Part shown: positions 52,470 to 64,000 of the stretch, in pieces
Position numbering within the stretch: position 1 is the first letter of the stretch
Layout of the letters: each line of letters starts with the position of its first letter
Source: the human T2T-CHM13v2.0 reference genome, Homo sapiens
Assembly (NCBI RefSeq): GCF_009914755.1
Contig: NC_060936.1
Strand: one strand, 5' to 3'
DNA: 64,000 bases
Translations under genes and position numbers: made by a program
Notes under the pieces: generated by a model
What the model saw: only the letters and a program-made list of their open reading frames with translations
Database searches by the model: none
Told to the model about the DNA's origin: nothing

Positions 52470-54034
52470 TGCATTTAATATTAAAAATAAACCTAAATTC
52501 CAAAGGAAAACATGCAAAAAAGATAGAAAATGAGTGTTCACTTTTTGCATAGCCATGCATTCATAAGCCGAAGTTGATTTTCATGGATAACTGATGGTAG
52601 CACACACACAAAAATGATTCTGGAAATAAAGTCTTTAAGCACGAATTTTAAGGTTAGAAACTGGAGAGCTTTTCAAAGGAAAGAGGAATAGTCACAGAGA
52701 AAAAAAGAATAATTTGGAAGTTATGTAATGTATGTTAATAGAATGAGAAAACAGAAAATAGGGAGAATTTTGAAATATAGAAATAAAGTAGAAGAATAAA
52801 CGGGGTCAAGAAATGAGAGCACTTTCTTAATAAAATAATGAAATCACAAATGCTAAAGTAGATAAAGAAGATAATGAGATATAAGAAGAGAATCCATTTG
52901 GACATATCTTTCAAATTTTAATTCTTTAGAAAGAACTATAAATTGTTATATTTGCATATTTAATCATTACTTTTTAAGCCTTTCAGTTCCTTGAAATTTT
53001 TTACTAAAGAATTGTCACTAAAAAGATGTGGAAGAAGATGTTTTGTATTGAATTTGAATATATTATTCACTTAATTACAACCTTCATGTAACAAAGGTTT
53101 CCTAATGTAGTCTCATCTAAAATTAATAGATATATACTCAGTGAATCCAAATGTTTAATGAGCTACAAGGTTTATTAACATTCCCATTTTATTTATTTTT
53201 AGCTTTATTAAAGCTCATCTACTGCCCACAGGCTTGTGATGCACATATCACATAATAAAAAGGCAAATTAAATTTAAATTCTTAGTGGCAGAATTTCCTA
53301 CAAGCAAATGAATACCAACATGTCTACAATATTTCAGTACTGCCAGATTTTAAATTGAAGATTAAAGTTTTTATTTGCTTTTAATTAGTCTTATATTTAC
53401 ACAGCAAGAGAGAGAGTACAAACCAGTGCAAATGTTACCAACAAATCCATAAAATGAAATACTTTACATAAAAATGGGTGTAATTTCCACAACTCTGGAG
53501 TCTGTCTGTTGCTCAAATGAATACCTCCCTCATTTATTGACTGATGGCTGAAATTATTAGAAATTAATTTCTGTGAAAACACAAATGTTCTTAAGAGAGT
53601 AACACTTTAAGCTACTCTCAGTGAAATCATTTGAGATCCTAATCTACGTACACACTTTTATAGTTAGCTGGTAGGGGGCTGAGGAGGGAAGAAAGGAAAA
53701 GAGCACCCATGAGAGAGGCTGGAAGCACCCAAACTGACATTTGTCTGCTTCCCTAGATTATTTATATCTATTTGGGATTCTATTTTTTTCAAATGAACGT
53801 CTTCTCATTTAAACCATGACATGGAAGTCAGAGACCTAAACACTAGATAGACTTGTGCAAATCGTGGTCTAATTTCAATTCATTTGCAAGCATTTACTGA
53901 GTACCTATTGTGCACAAAATACTAAGCTAGGCTTTACAGAAAATACAAATGTAAGAAAGACACAGTGGCCAGGCTCTCAGACGCTTACAGTCTGGCAGAG
54001 GTCTATAACAAGTTCAAAATTCAGTAACTACGTA

Positions 54035-54230
54035 GGCGGTATAGCAAGATGGGTCAGAGAGTGGGCCCCAAAGTTAGACAGGCAGGCTTGAATTGTGGCT
54101 CCAGCTCACATGTAATGTAACCTCTGTGTACCTTGACCCTCAGCTGCACAATGGAAATGAATTGTTATGATGATTAATTGAATTAATACATGTAAAGCAC
54201 TTAGAACAGTACAAGCAATAAGTATTACGT
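54035..54230 (+). mobile_element. MIR
   Basis: aacctctgtgtacctt...attaatacatgtaaagcacttagaacagt. Confidence 0.65.
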
Positions 54231-54949
54231 AAGGGTCATTTGAGAAAACTAAAAACAAAAAAAGTGCTAATGGAGTTCAAAAGACACAAGGTGGTGTTTG
54301 ATAGGAAAAAATGACTTTCCTAAGATAGCATACAGCAGACAATATTAGTGACCCTCCCACCCTCCACCCCACCTATCATACACAAAAGGACTTCTCTACC
54401 TTTTCAGAGAGTACTTCTGCCTTTGTGGAACCTGACAGCTTCAGTTCACATGTGGTTTGTACTGGAACTTATTCTTTCCCTTTTATTTGCTCTTCCTCCC
54501 TGGTCACAATGGGAACAACTTGCACTAAAACTGTCATTGTATAACAAAAATATGTCAACGTCCCACACACAGTCTTTGCAAAAATGTCGGGGTGGATTTT
54601 TAAGATGCGAGTATCATGAGTATGCTTCCATATTCATTTATTTTTAATACATGAAGAAATTAGTTCTCTTCTGCTAAGGGAATAGAGAACATGAGTTTAA
54701 TTTGGTCAGATCATAGTCTTGGTTTTTTAGGATGGCATTGATATTGGTGTAGTTAGGATTCAACCAAATAGTCTAAAACAAATCAAAACAATTTATCGTA
54801 CTTACACAAAGTAAAATGGTAATTTGACACAAAGTCAAATGTTTGTACATTATATAAAACTTACTTAGAAATAAGCCTTTTTAAATACTACAATATATGA
54901 ATTTTAATATTAACTTCTTAGATTTCCTTTTTCTGAGAGAAATAGGGAC

Positions 54950-55433
54950 AGTTGGTTGAATTTTTAGTTGTGTCCCCTAATATGATATGTTGAAATACTA
55001 ACCACCTGCACCCCCCACCTCATCCCTGTGAATGTAACCTTATTTGGAAATAGGGTCTTTGCAGATGTAATTAAGTTAAGATGAATCATGCTGGACTAGT
55101 GTGGCTCCTGATCAAATGACTGGTATCCTTATAAGAGGAATATTCAACACAGAAATAGACCAGATTAGACACACAGGAAAAAAGGCCATGCAGCGATAGA
55201 GGCAGAGAGTGGAGTGATGCAGCTATCAGCCAAGGAATGCCAATGATTGCCAGCAAATACCAAAAGCTAGAAGAAAGAAAGAATTCTTCCCCCAGAGACC
55301 TCAGAGGGAGAATAGCCCTGCAGATACCTTGATCTGAGACTTCAAGTCTCCAGAACTGTGACAATAAATTTCTGTTGTTTTAAGCTACCTGATTTGATAT
55401 ACTTTGTTACGGCAGCTCTAGGGAGGTAATACA
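54950..55433 (+). mobile_element. MLT1 LTR (MLT1C/D-like)
   Basis: gtgaatgtaaccttatttggaaatagggtctttgcagatgtaattaagttaag...aataaatttctgttgttttaagc...gttacggcagctctagg. Confidence 0.88.
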
Positions 55434-55439
55434 GTAGGC

Positions 55440-56760
55440 CAATTCATTCATTTGGCAATACTTATTGAGTCTGCTATGTCCTGGGCATTATACCTAGTGC
55501 TGCTGGGATATGGTGTGAGTAAGTGTAACAAAGTACCAGTTCTTGGAAGTTCATGTTTTTACAGAGAAGACACACATTCAACAAGCAAAATGTACTATCA
55601 TTCATTTAATTGCAGTTGCAAACATAATAACCCAAGTACCTCTCTCAAGTCATTCTCTAGCACAGTAATTGGTTTTATTTTCTTTATAATCTTCATCACT
55701 ATTTGAAATTATCTTGTTTTGTCCTATAATTGTTGTCAGTCTCCCCTCATTCCATTTCTAGCTTTTAGAAGAGTACATGGCACTATAGATACCCAACAAC
55801 TGCTGGATGAATGAATGAAAAAAAGGTGCAGGGTGACAAGAGAGCATTTATTAAACAGATGTGAGCTTTTCTAAAAGGTGAAAATGGGAAATGATGTTTG
55901 GGCGAAGTAATAAATAGGAGTTAACTGCTTACTAGGGACTAATAAGGGTTAATTTGAAGACTAGACAGGGAAGAATGTTGTAAGCAAAGAAAATAACACT
56001 ATAAAGACCATTGGCAGGAAAGAAAGGCACATTTAAGAAATCCATAGGTCAAGTTGACTAGGGTCCAAAGAGTAAAGGAGAGGGTACATCAAAGTAAGTC
56101 TGGTGAAGCAGGTAGGGGCCAGATCATACAGGAATTGAGGCAAGGTTAAACATTTTTTACTTTATCTTGGTAGACAATGGGAAACCTTCACCGAATTTTC
56201 CGAAGGAGAGTGAATGATCATATTTGCCTTGTAAAAATTTCTCTATAGCTCTTGGCTGTGAATTGGAAGAAGGCAAGAATAGACATGGAGAGATGAGCTA
56301 AGGGATATTCTAGTAGCCTGGATAAGAGATGAGGGTAGCTCAGACAAGGGAACGAGCTATGACAAAATGGACAGATTCAAAGGTTGTGCGAGTGGTTCAA
56401 AAAATGTCCAGAAGATTGTAATGGTGATGGATTAGATGTGGAAGAGTGAAGGATAGGGACAAGTCTTCTGGCTCATGCTGCTGGGTGATCTTTTTTTTTT
56501 TTAAATAAACAATTAGAAGAGAATGAGGTAGTAGGGGATGGGTAAAAGAATTTAGTTTTGACCATGTTGAGTTTAGGTTCCAATGAGACATCCACATGCT
56601 GATGTTGAGTAGTCAGGGTCACAGATGAGTCTGGATCTTGGCAGAGATGCCTGGAGCAGAGACATGGATGTTAGGAATCATATACCTAGAGATGGTAACT
56701 GAAGCCTTGGGCATTGATGAAAGCACTCAGGGAGAAGAGAAAAAGGTCTTGGACTATGTC
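55440..56760. mobile_element. Cluster of L2 fragments
   Basis: attcattcatttggcaatacttattgagt; ggatgaatgaatgaa; gtaggggccagatcatacagg...ttttgaccatgttgagttt. Confidence 0.7.
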
Positions 56761-57162
56761 TTGAGAAAGCAAAGTACTTGGATATAGCCTTAATTTCTTT
56801 GCATCTAGAGTTGTGGTTTTTTTTTAAATAAATTTTCTAACCTTAACCTCTGCATGACCTGTTTTCTTTTTAAAATTAAACACATACTGAAAAATACCAA
56901 ATCTTCTGAGTTTTATGTTTAATTTTGAGATCCCGAATTCCACTTACTGTGGATTATAAAATTTATTCCTTTAGATATATATAAAAAATGGTAAACTTGT
57001 AGCAATTAAATCACTTGGCATTTATTCTTCACATTTGTCAATTTCATGTAAGTTTTAGATAAATATTACCCATACAGGAAATCAACTTGTCTTCCAACAT
57101 TCAAGCTTCCTGTACAAATATCTACACACAAATCCAAGAAAAAAAATCACCAGATTGAACTC

Positions 57163-57470
57163 TTTTTTTTTTTTTTTTTTTTTTAGACATGGTCTCACTC
57201 TGCCACCCAGACTGGAGTGCAGTGAGGGGCGTGATCTCGGCTCACTGCAACCTCTGCCCCCACCGCTCAAGCGATTCTCCTGCCCCAGCCTCCCAAGTAG
57301 CCTGGATTACAGGCGCATGCCACTACCACCCAGCTAATTTTTGTATTTTTAGTAGAGATGGAGTTTTACCATGTCGGCCAGGCTGCTATTGAACTCCTGA
57401 CCTCAAATGATCCACCCACCTCGGGCTCCCAAAGTGCTAGGATTACAGACATGAGCCACCTTGCCCGGCC
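57163..57470 (-). mobile_element. Alu (AluS/J-like)
   Basis: Reverse Alu with poly(T); TSD tgaactct. Confidence 0.94.
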
Positions 57471-57550
57471 TGAACTCTCATTTCTTTCTGAAGTTTAAAC
57501 TACCCTCTCATTTTCTGATAGGACTTTGTATTATTGAGAACAAAGGCCTC

Positions 57551-57801
57551 AAGAAAATTGGTTTCATGGGATACCTTCCTGCAATATTTGAATACATATA
57601 AAAATCCCTATCAAAAGCTAAGATATAAAACTATGTACCTTTATTTTCAATCTAAAGTGATTTTATACCCTGGAAAGTAAGTATAAGCACAATATTTACT
57701 GTAAAAAATGCACTAAGCATTTTGTTGATGTAAAATTTAATGAGTCCATAACTATGCAAACATTGTCATTGGGAGTGAAAGGACATGTAGGTTCTATCTG
57801 T
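57551..57801 (+). repeat. Left arm of ~250-bp inverted repeat
   Basis: Reverse complement of 59375-59625; about 24 differences by manual alignment. Confidence 0.95.
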
Positions 57802-59374
57802 CCTTGCCTATCTTCTAGAAGAGAGGCAAGAAACAGCAATGACTTAATAAGATGACCAATTCACAGAACTACCCTCAGGTCATACGAGTGTGAAAACACG
57901 TGCAGAACGCAATAACTCATACACAGTTTTATTTCCAGAAGGTGTTTTTTGAAATGGCCAATACTAGAGAATATTTATGAAATCCAATTTCTACTTAATG
58001 CAGATAATTAAGTAGGTAATAAGGGATGGGTAAAAGAGTTACAACTTGCAACTTGCCTATAACTCTTTTCGGATTGCAAATTTTCAGATGTCTCCTTACT
58101 ATTTACAAAACAAAAACTTATTTTAACCAACCGATCTTTGAAGAGTCTTACATCTTATTATAACATATACTTATCCTGTTCCCTTCCAACATTCCTGACT
58201 CAACAATTGGTCATAACATTAACACTTTCTCTCCTGTATTCTCCTTATGATTTTCTCTCCTATATTCGCCTATTTACAGAATTAACTTATCAGTGTTGAT
58301 CACATAGAATTATACACACTTTGGCACTATAAGGCTTTTCAGAAGTCATTTGGTTCCATTTTATTTTCACAGGTGAAGACACAAGTTCAAGTGCATTACA
58401 TGACTCCCTTAAAACACACACTAATATGGCAAAGTACATAATTTAATTTTACTTTTCTTTAGCTCAAACCAGCATGCTACTATTTATAAGTAATAATTTA
58501 GCTTCTCATATTTTGGAGGGAAAATTGTCTATCATTATACACAACTTTTACCCCCCATAAATAAGCTTCCCTTTATTAAACATGAATCAACTTTCCAATT
58601 ATCTTTCAAAGGCTCTTGACATCCCATAATATAGTAAAGCTCTTGTAAAAGGTTATCAGTGCACTTCAGTTCAGACCTTTCCTTCTCTCTGTCTCCATAT
58701 GAAGATATTTAGTAATATTTAGAATATTCCTTTACCCCATGGTAAAGTAAAATCTTTATTTCTCTGATAAGTTCATCTTTATTCATCCTTAATTCACAAT
58801 ATCAAGTATATTAAGGGCAAATCCCAAGTCTGTAACTCCTTATCACAAAATAGGGATTTGACTCCCACTGTTGTAGAAATCTCACGGAATAAAAGGATTT
58901 ATAAATACTAAAATTTCTAAAAATAGATTACAAACATATTTTTCATCTCCTTTTGGAGTTTACCATATTTGCTTCTTGTTTCTCAAAGTTACCTCTGGAA
59001 ATACTCCAATCTTCAATTAGTAAGCAAGGAAAAGGCCTTCCTGCTTTAACAAAGTAATTTTAGAAATAAGTTTCAAAGACAAACTGATAAAATGTCACTA
59101 TGGACACAGGGAGGGAAGGGAATATCTTAGTTAAGTGTACCTCAACATCCAGAATCTCTGGTTATACATTTATATAGCAGGAGGATCGGAAATATATTTA
59201 AGACTTTCTCATACTCTCATTGCAAATTGAGTAAAATCCAAACTCCCTAAGTCCTAGAAGACACAATGACACCCTCTCAACACTGACCAACTCCAGCCAC
59301 ATCATAGACCACTTTCCCGCTCCTATCTGCCTCTGTGTCTCTTGAAAACTACATAAGTAGTTATAAGAAATAAT

Positions 59375-59625
59375 ACAGATAGAATCTATATGTCCTTCAC
59401 TCCCAATGACAAATGTTTGCATAATTATGAACTCATTAAATTTTATATCAACAAAGTGGTTAGTGCGTATTTTACAGTAAATATTGCACTTGTACTTACT
59501 TTCCAGTGTATAAAATGACTTTAGATTAAAAATAGAGGTACACAGTTTTATATCTTAGTTTTTGATAGGGATTTTTATGTGTATTCAAATGTTGCAGAAA
59601 GGTATTCCATGAAACCAATTTTCTT
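59375..59625 (-). repeat. Right arm of ~250-bp inverted repeat
   Basis: Reverse complement of 57551-57801. Confidence 0.95.
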
Positions 59626-60580
59626 TAACTCAATCGCAACTAAACTTTTCAATTGTGCACCACTATTAACAAAGAAAACATAAAATGCATATATGTGCTA
59701 GAGAGTTAATAGGTAAATTACAAACATAAAATAGAAAAATGAGGAGATTGAGTAAATTAACATAATTAGAAAATATTGTCTGTTTATTGTAAAAAATGAT
59801 TTGAATTTCACTAAAAATATTATCTTATGCGCTTAATATGCTTACTTTTATTTGAAAGTCTTATTCCTTTGAAATAAACTAGTTCAAACATGAAAACAAG
59901 AAAAAGAAAGAAAATTACAAAGCAACTTCCAACCGCAACAGCTTTGCTTTAGCTTTTCCCAATGCCTAGAATATTCTTATCCTTGATTTTCACACAGCAG
60001 AGTGGCCTTCCTTGACCATCCTATCTAGACACACCACCTCAGGTCTCTCCAATTAGCCTGCAGGGCATTTGTAACTATCTGTAATTACTGCTTCTTTTCA
60101 AGTTTGTTTGTCAACTTTTCCCACTAAATTGTAAAATACATGAAGGAAAACACCTTAATCGAATTTACTGCTGAGTCACGAGGCACATACATCAATGCCC
60201 AACACATAGTTGATGCTCAATTAATAAGCATTACATGAAGTTGACATTGGTCAAATGCTTTATTTGCCTTTTATTCACTATATTTATTGTCTATTTGCTA
60301 AGCATTACCTAAGAATAACATTTTTAAATAGAATTCTTCAAATACTTAAGATCAGGAGGAAATCCAAAACCTAAAATTATAAAACTTTAGTGTTGATCTT
60401 GAGCTTAGAAATCATCTATAGCAGCTTCTTTGCCTTACCAGGGGAGGAAACTAAGGGACAGAGATAATAGTGACTTGCCCAAGATAATGCAAGGTTTTTA
60501 TTGTTGTTTCTAGGAAAGATGTTGCCCAGTCAGATCCTGAATGGAATATTTAAAGCACTAACATAAGAAGTTTGGTTCTC

Positions 60581-60902
<322 letters not shown>

Positions 60903-62224
60903 TCACCAATGAAGTTAGCCTTACTATTATAAATTTGAGAATGATTACTATGATTACTACTATTGCCACTCCTATTAGAACACTGCGTGGATGTGACTTA
61001 ACAGTTTGCTTACTATCTATGTGAATAACTATGTAGAAAACCCACACCAAGACCTTTAAACACCAAACACTTTGATCAATACTGTCACCCAAATAATTTA
61101 AGTTCCATTGACTCTATTGATTGACAGATTATCACTTGCTCAAACAGGCTGACAATAAAACGCAAGGACTTCAGTCTAAAACGATTTAATCATCAGGACC
61201 GTAAAAGACATACACGCTGAGGCAAACGCATTGAATTGATTATTTAATTTTGTGTGTCAGTTAAGGCTTGCAGTACCTCACACAGTGCCTGTAACAGAGG
61301 GATCAATAAATACTGAATTAAATATGCTACTAAGTAACTGTTAAATGGCAACTGGACAGATGGTTAAATGACAGACTGAAGGAAAGAATCATTCAGTCAA
61401 TCGATTTGAATCACGAAACCTTCTGCCATTAGATGTGTGTTGCCCTACTTTGCCTGTCTAATTGTGCTTTGTGCAATTCTATGTACAGCCCAGTTGATCT
61501 TTCTGGCATCATTCAGTCAATCAAAGAAAACTTAGAGTTTAGGTTAATTTAGGATTGCAATAAGCCTTAAGAATTTGATTTTTCTATGAAGACTTCACTT
61601 TACCCAAACTCATCTCCTTGGGATGACCACCTGCCCACTTTTTGAAGATATTCACAAGTGTGCTTCCTTTAATAACTTTTAGGGGCTTAGCAACAGAATA
61701 TGTGGGAAATCTTCCCTAATAAATGACACAAAAAGCACTTCAGCAGCAATTTTAGCTCATCAAGTATTTTTTAAACTCATTCTTTTCTTTTAAGAAGATC
61801 ACAGCATTTTGGAATAGAAACATTGCATCTTTTGACTAAGTCTGTTGAGAGGTAATAAATTTGGTGGGTTTTAAGTATTTTTAAAATTTACGCAGAGTTC
61901 ACCCAGTAGAACCTAGGTGGGCTTGTACTTTATACATTGAAAAAGTGAGATGTGGGCAATTTAGGGGGTAAAGAGGAGGAAATAAGAGCTTCCCTTTTAC
62001 CCCAGTAGCCCTTGTCTTAGCACTTTGCTAAGGAAACCTCTGGCTTGCAGCCAGTATCATGATAACTTGACAAGTCCCCTTTGCAAAAGTCCTTATTGTG
62101 CCTTACATAAACAGCACAATTAGAAAGCCTGACCTACTCCTTACACATTACAAACAGAATATTTCATACTAAAATTGGCAGACTTCACTAAAAGCTACCT
62201 GACATGGCAGTTGCAAATACAATG

Positions 62225-62450
62225 CACGTTAGTGGTTTAAAGTGCAGGCTCTGGAGTCATAAGAACTTGCCTTTAGATCCCAAGCCCCACTCACCAGCTG
62301 TCTGACCCCTCATGAATTATTAAATTTCTCTAAGCATCAGTATCCTCATCTGTGAACGCAGAATAATGCTACCTGTTCCATACAACTATTGTATGAATTA
62401 AATAAAGGCATGATGTGCTTGACACATAGTAGGCTTTCAAAAACATAATT
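62225..62450 (+). mobile_element. MIR
   Basis: agtggtttaaagtgcaggctctggagtca...cactcaccagctgtctgacc...tctctaagcatcagtatcctcatctgtgaa...gacacatagtagg. Confidence 0.85.
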
Positions 62451-64000
62451 AGTAGTAATGGAAATAAGTGTATACATGGCTAAACTACTTAAAGCACCAA
62501 CTAAAAGAACAAACATATCTGCTAATGTACATTCAGAGCTTTTAAACTTAATCATGGCTTTTCCACCCACTCACCACTATAAGATCAAAATTGAGAGAAA
62601 TAGATAAAAATGAACTACAACCTGTCTTCTCTTGCAAGAGTTTTCTAATTAGCACACTAACTAATTCACTCCTTACAAATGTGCTATTCATAAACACAAA
62701 CTGTTGTCTCAGACACTGATAACTTACGTGATTTTGTGAATGTAAATGCATTACAAATTGATTTTAATTAGACATAATTAAGAATTACACACACTAATTT
62801 ACTTGTTTTCCCTTGATGTTTGGGCTTTTTACTTAATAAATTTCTGATTCTAACAAGGAGACTGTGTTAGGGCATTAATTAAAATCTTTAGTATTTGGGG
62901 TCAATATGTAATTTTTATTAAACTTACCAAGTATGATCAAAGTGAAACTTAAAAATAATTCACTGCCAAAATATTTTAAATACAAGTCTTCCAAACTTAT
63001 TTTAAGCAATGTTTGTTTTTTGAAAGGAATAATAAAATTTTGTTTTCCTAGCAGATCCAATTAAAACTGTCCTTTGCACATAAAAGGGCTCAAAATCATT
63101 ACTATAAACTGATTCAAATGCAAATTTATCTGGGAACTTTGGCAAGTCTTAACTTCAAAAGGATACAACTAAAAAATATTTAGAACAAAACTGAGATGCA
63201 AATTAAACACTAAAATATTTACTAAAAAGAAATTAGTCCCATATCTAATATGTTTTTCTGCACAAGACTAAACAAATTGAATTTTTTAAAACAGAATTTA
63301 ATAGAAGACCCTCCTGTCAGATCAGACAGACCCAGGTAATGCTGGTATTGCTGGGCTATCATAAAGAAATGGATTAAGCCCTATGCAATAGCTTTAAAAG
63401 TTATTACAAAAGACATAGAAATATCCAGTGAGTTAAGCAGCTCAGATTTTGAACACCCAAAGTAGTACTAAAAAACATTAAAATTCTATCCATAAGCTTT
63501 AAAAAATAATTTCTAATTCATAGCATATAAACAAAGGGTAGACTATGTTTATTTAAGAAACTGCACAAAAATAATCATATCTCATTTCTGGTTATAATTT
63601 GTTGTGTACTAATTCCTGTTATTGACTCTTCTATGGCTATTACCATGGACTTCTCTAAAATATATAGTAAATCAGGCCTATTATGAAGTAACAGCCTTAC
63701 ATTCTTTCTTATGTGTCACTTTTATACAAAGGAAGGAAGGGGAGGATACTTTTAAAAATAAAACCCTGAGCTGCTCTATTCCAAATAATTGGAAGAACTA
63801 CAGCGCCATCTTGTGGAATAAAGTAACTAATTAGTGAAATGCTTTGATTCTGTTAGGAAAAAAATTGAATTTCTTGGCCATCAACTCTAGTTTCTTTTAA
63901 TGATCTATTATTTTACAACATTTTAGTCTGGAACATCTGTCAAACAGCAAAAACTACTATTATGCTAGAACACTAACGTATATAATACAGTAACCAGGTG

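Overview
Human (primate) genomic DNA covering the 5' end and about 55 kb of upstream/distal-intron sequence of NELL2 (neural EGFL-like 2), which is transcribed on the minus strand. A CpG island (~7.75-9.72 kb) holds the canonical first coding exon (MESRVLLRTFCLIFGLGA, 8416-8470) and exon 2 (7826-7954). Splice-site phase arithmetic supports three further alternative N-terminal coding exons: 8108-8159, 9208-9326 and a distal one 38 kb away at 46409-46446. The rest of the window is mostly transposon-derived: a full-length but dead L1PA-type LINE, older L1M/L1MA/L1PB pieces, L2, MIR, about ten Alus, MaLR LTRs and a hAT/Charlie transposase fossil. No prokaryote-type system is present, and most ORF-track entries are spurious or repeat-derived. 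The most notable unexplained structures are: a ~250-bp, ~90% identical inverted repeat around a 1.57-kb spacer (57551-59625); a perfect (GGAA)17 microsatellite ~10 kb upstream of the NELL2 start codon (candidate EWS-FLI1 element); a degenerate KRAB-A-like reading frame at ~24.0 kb; an open ORF0-like frame in the L1 5'UTR pointing towards NELL2; a minimal uORF in strong Kozak context just ahead of the NELL2 ATG; and an Alu with an expanded AGGTCA DR2 array next to a PBX/MEIS motif cluster. Repeat subfamily names and boundaries were assigned by eye and are approximate.
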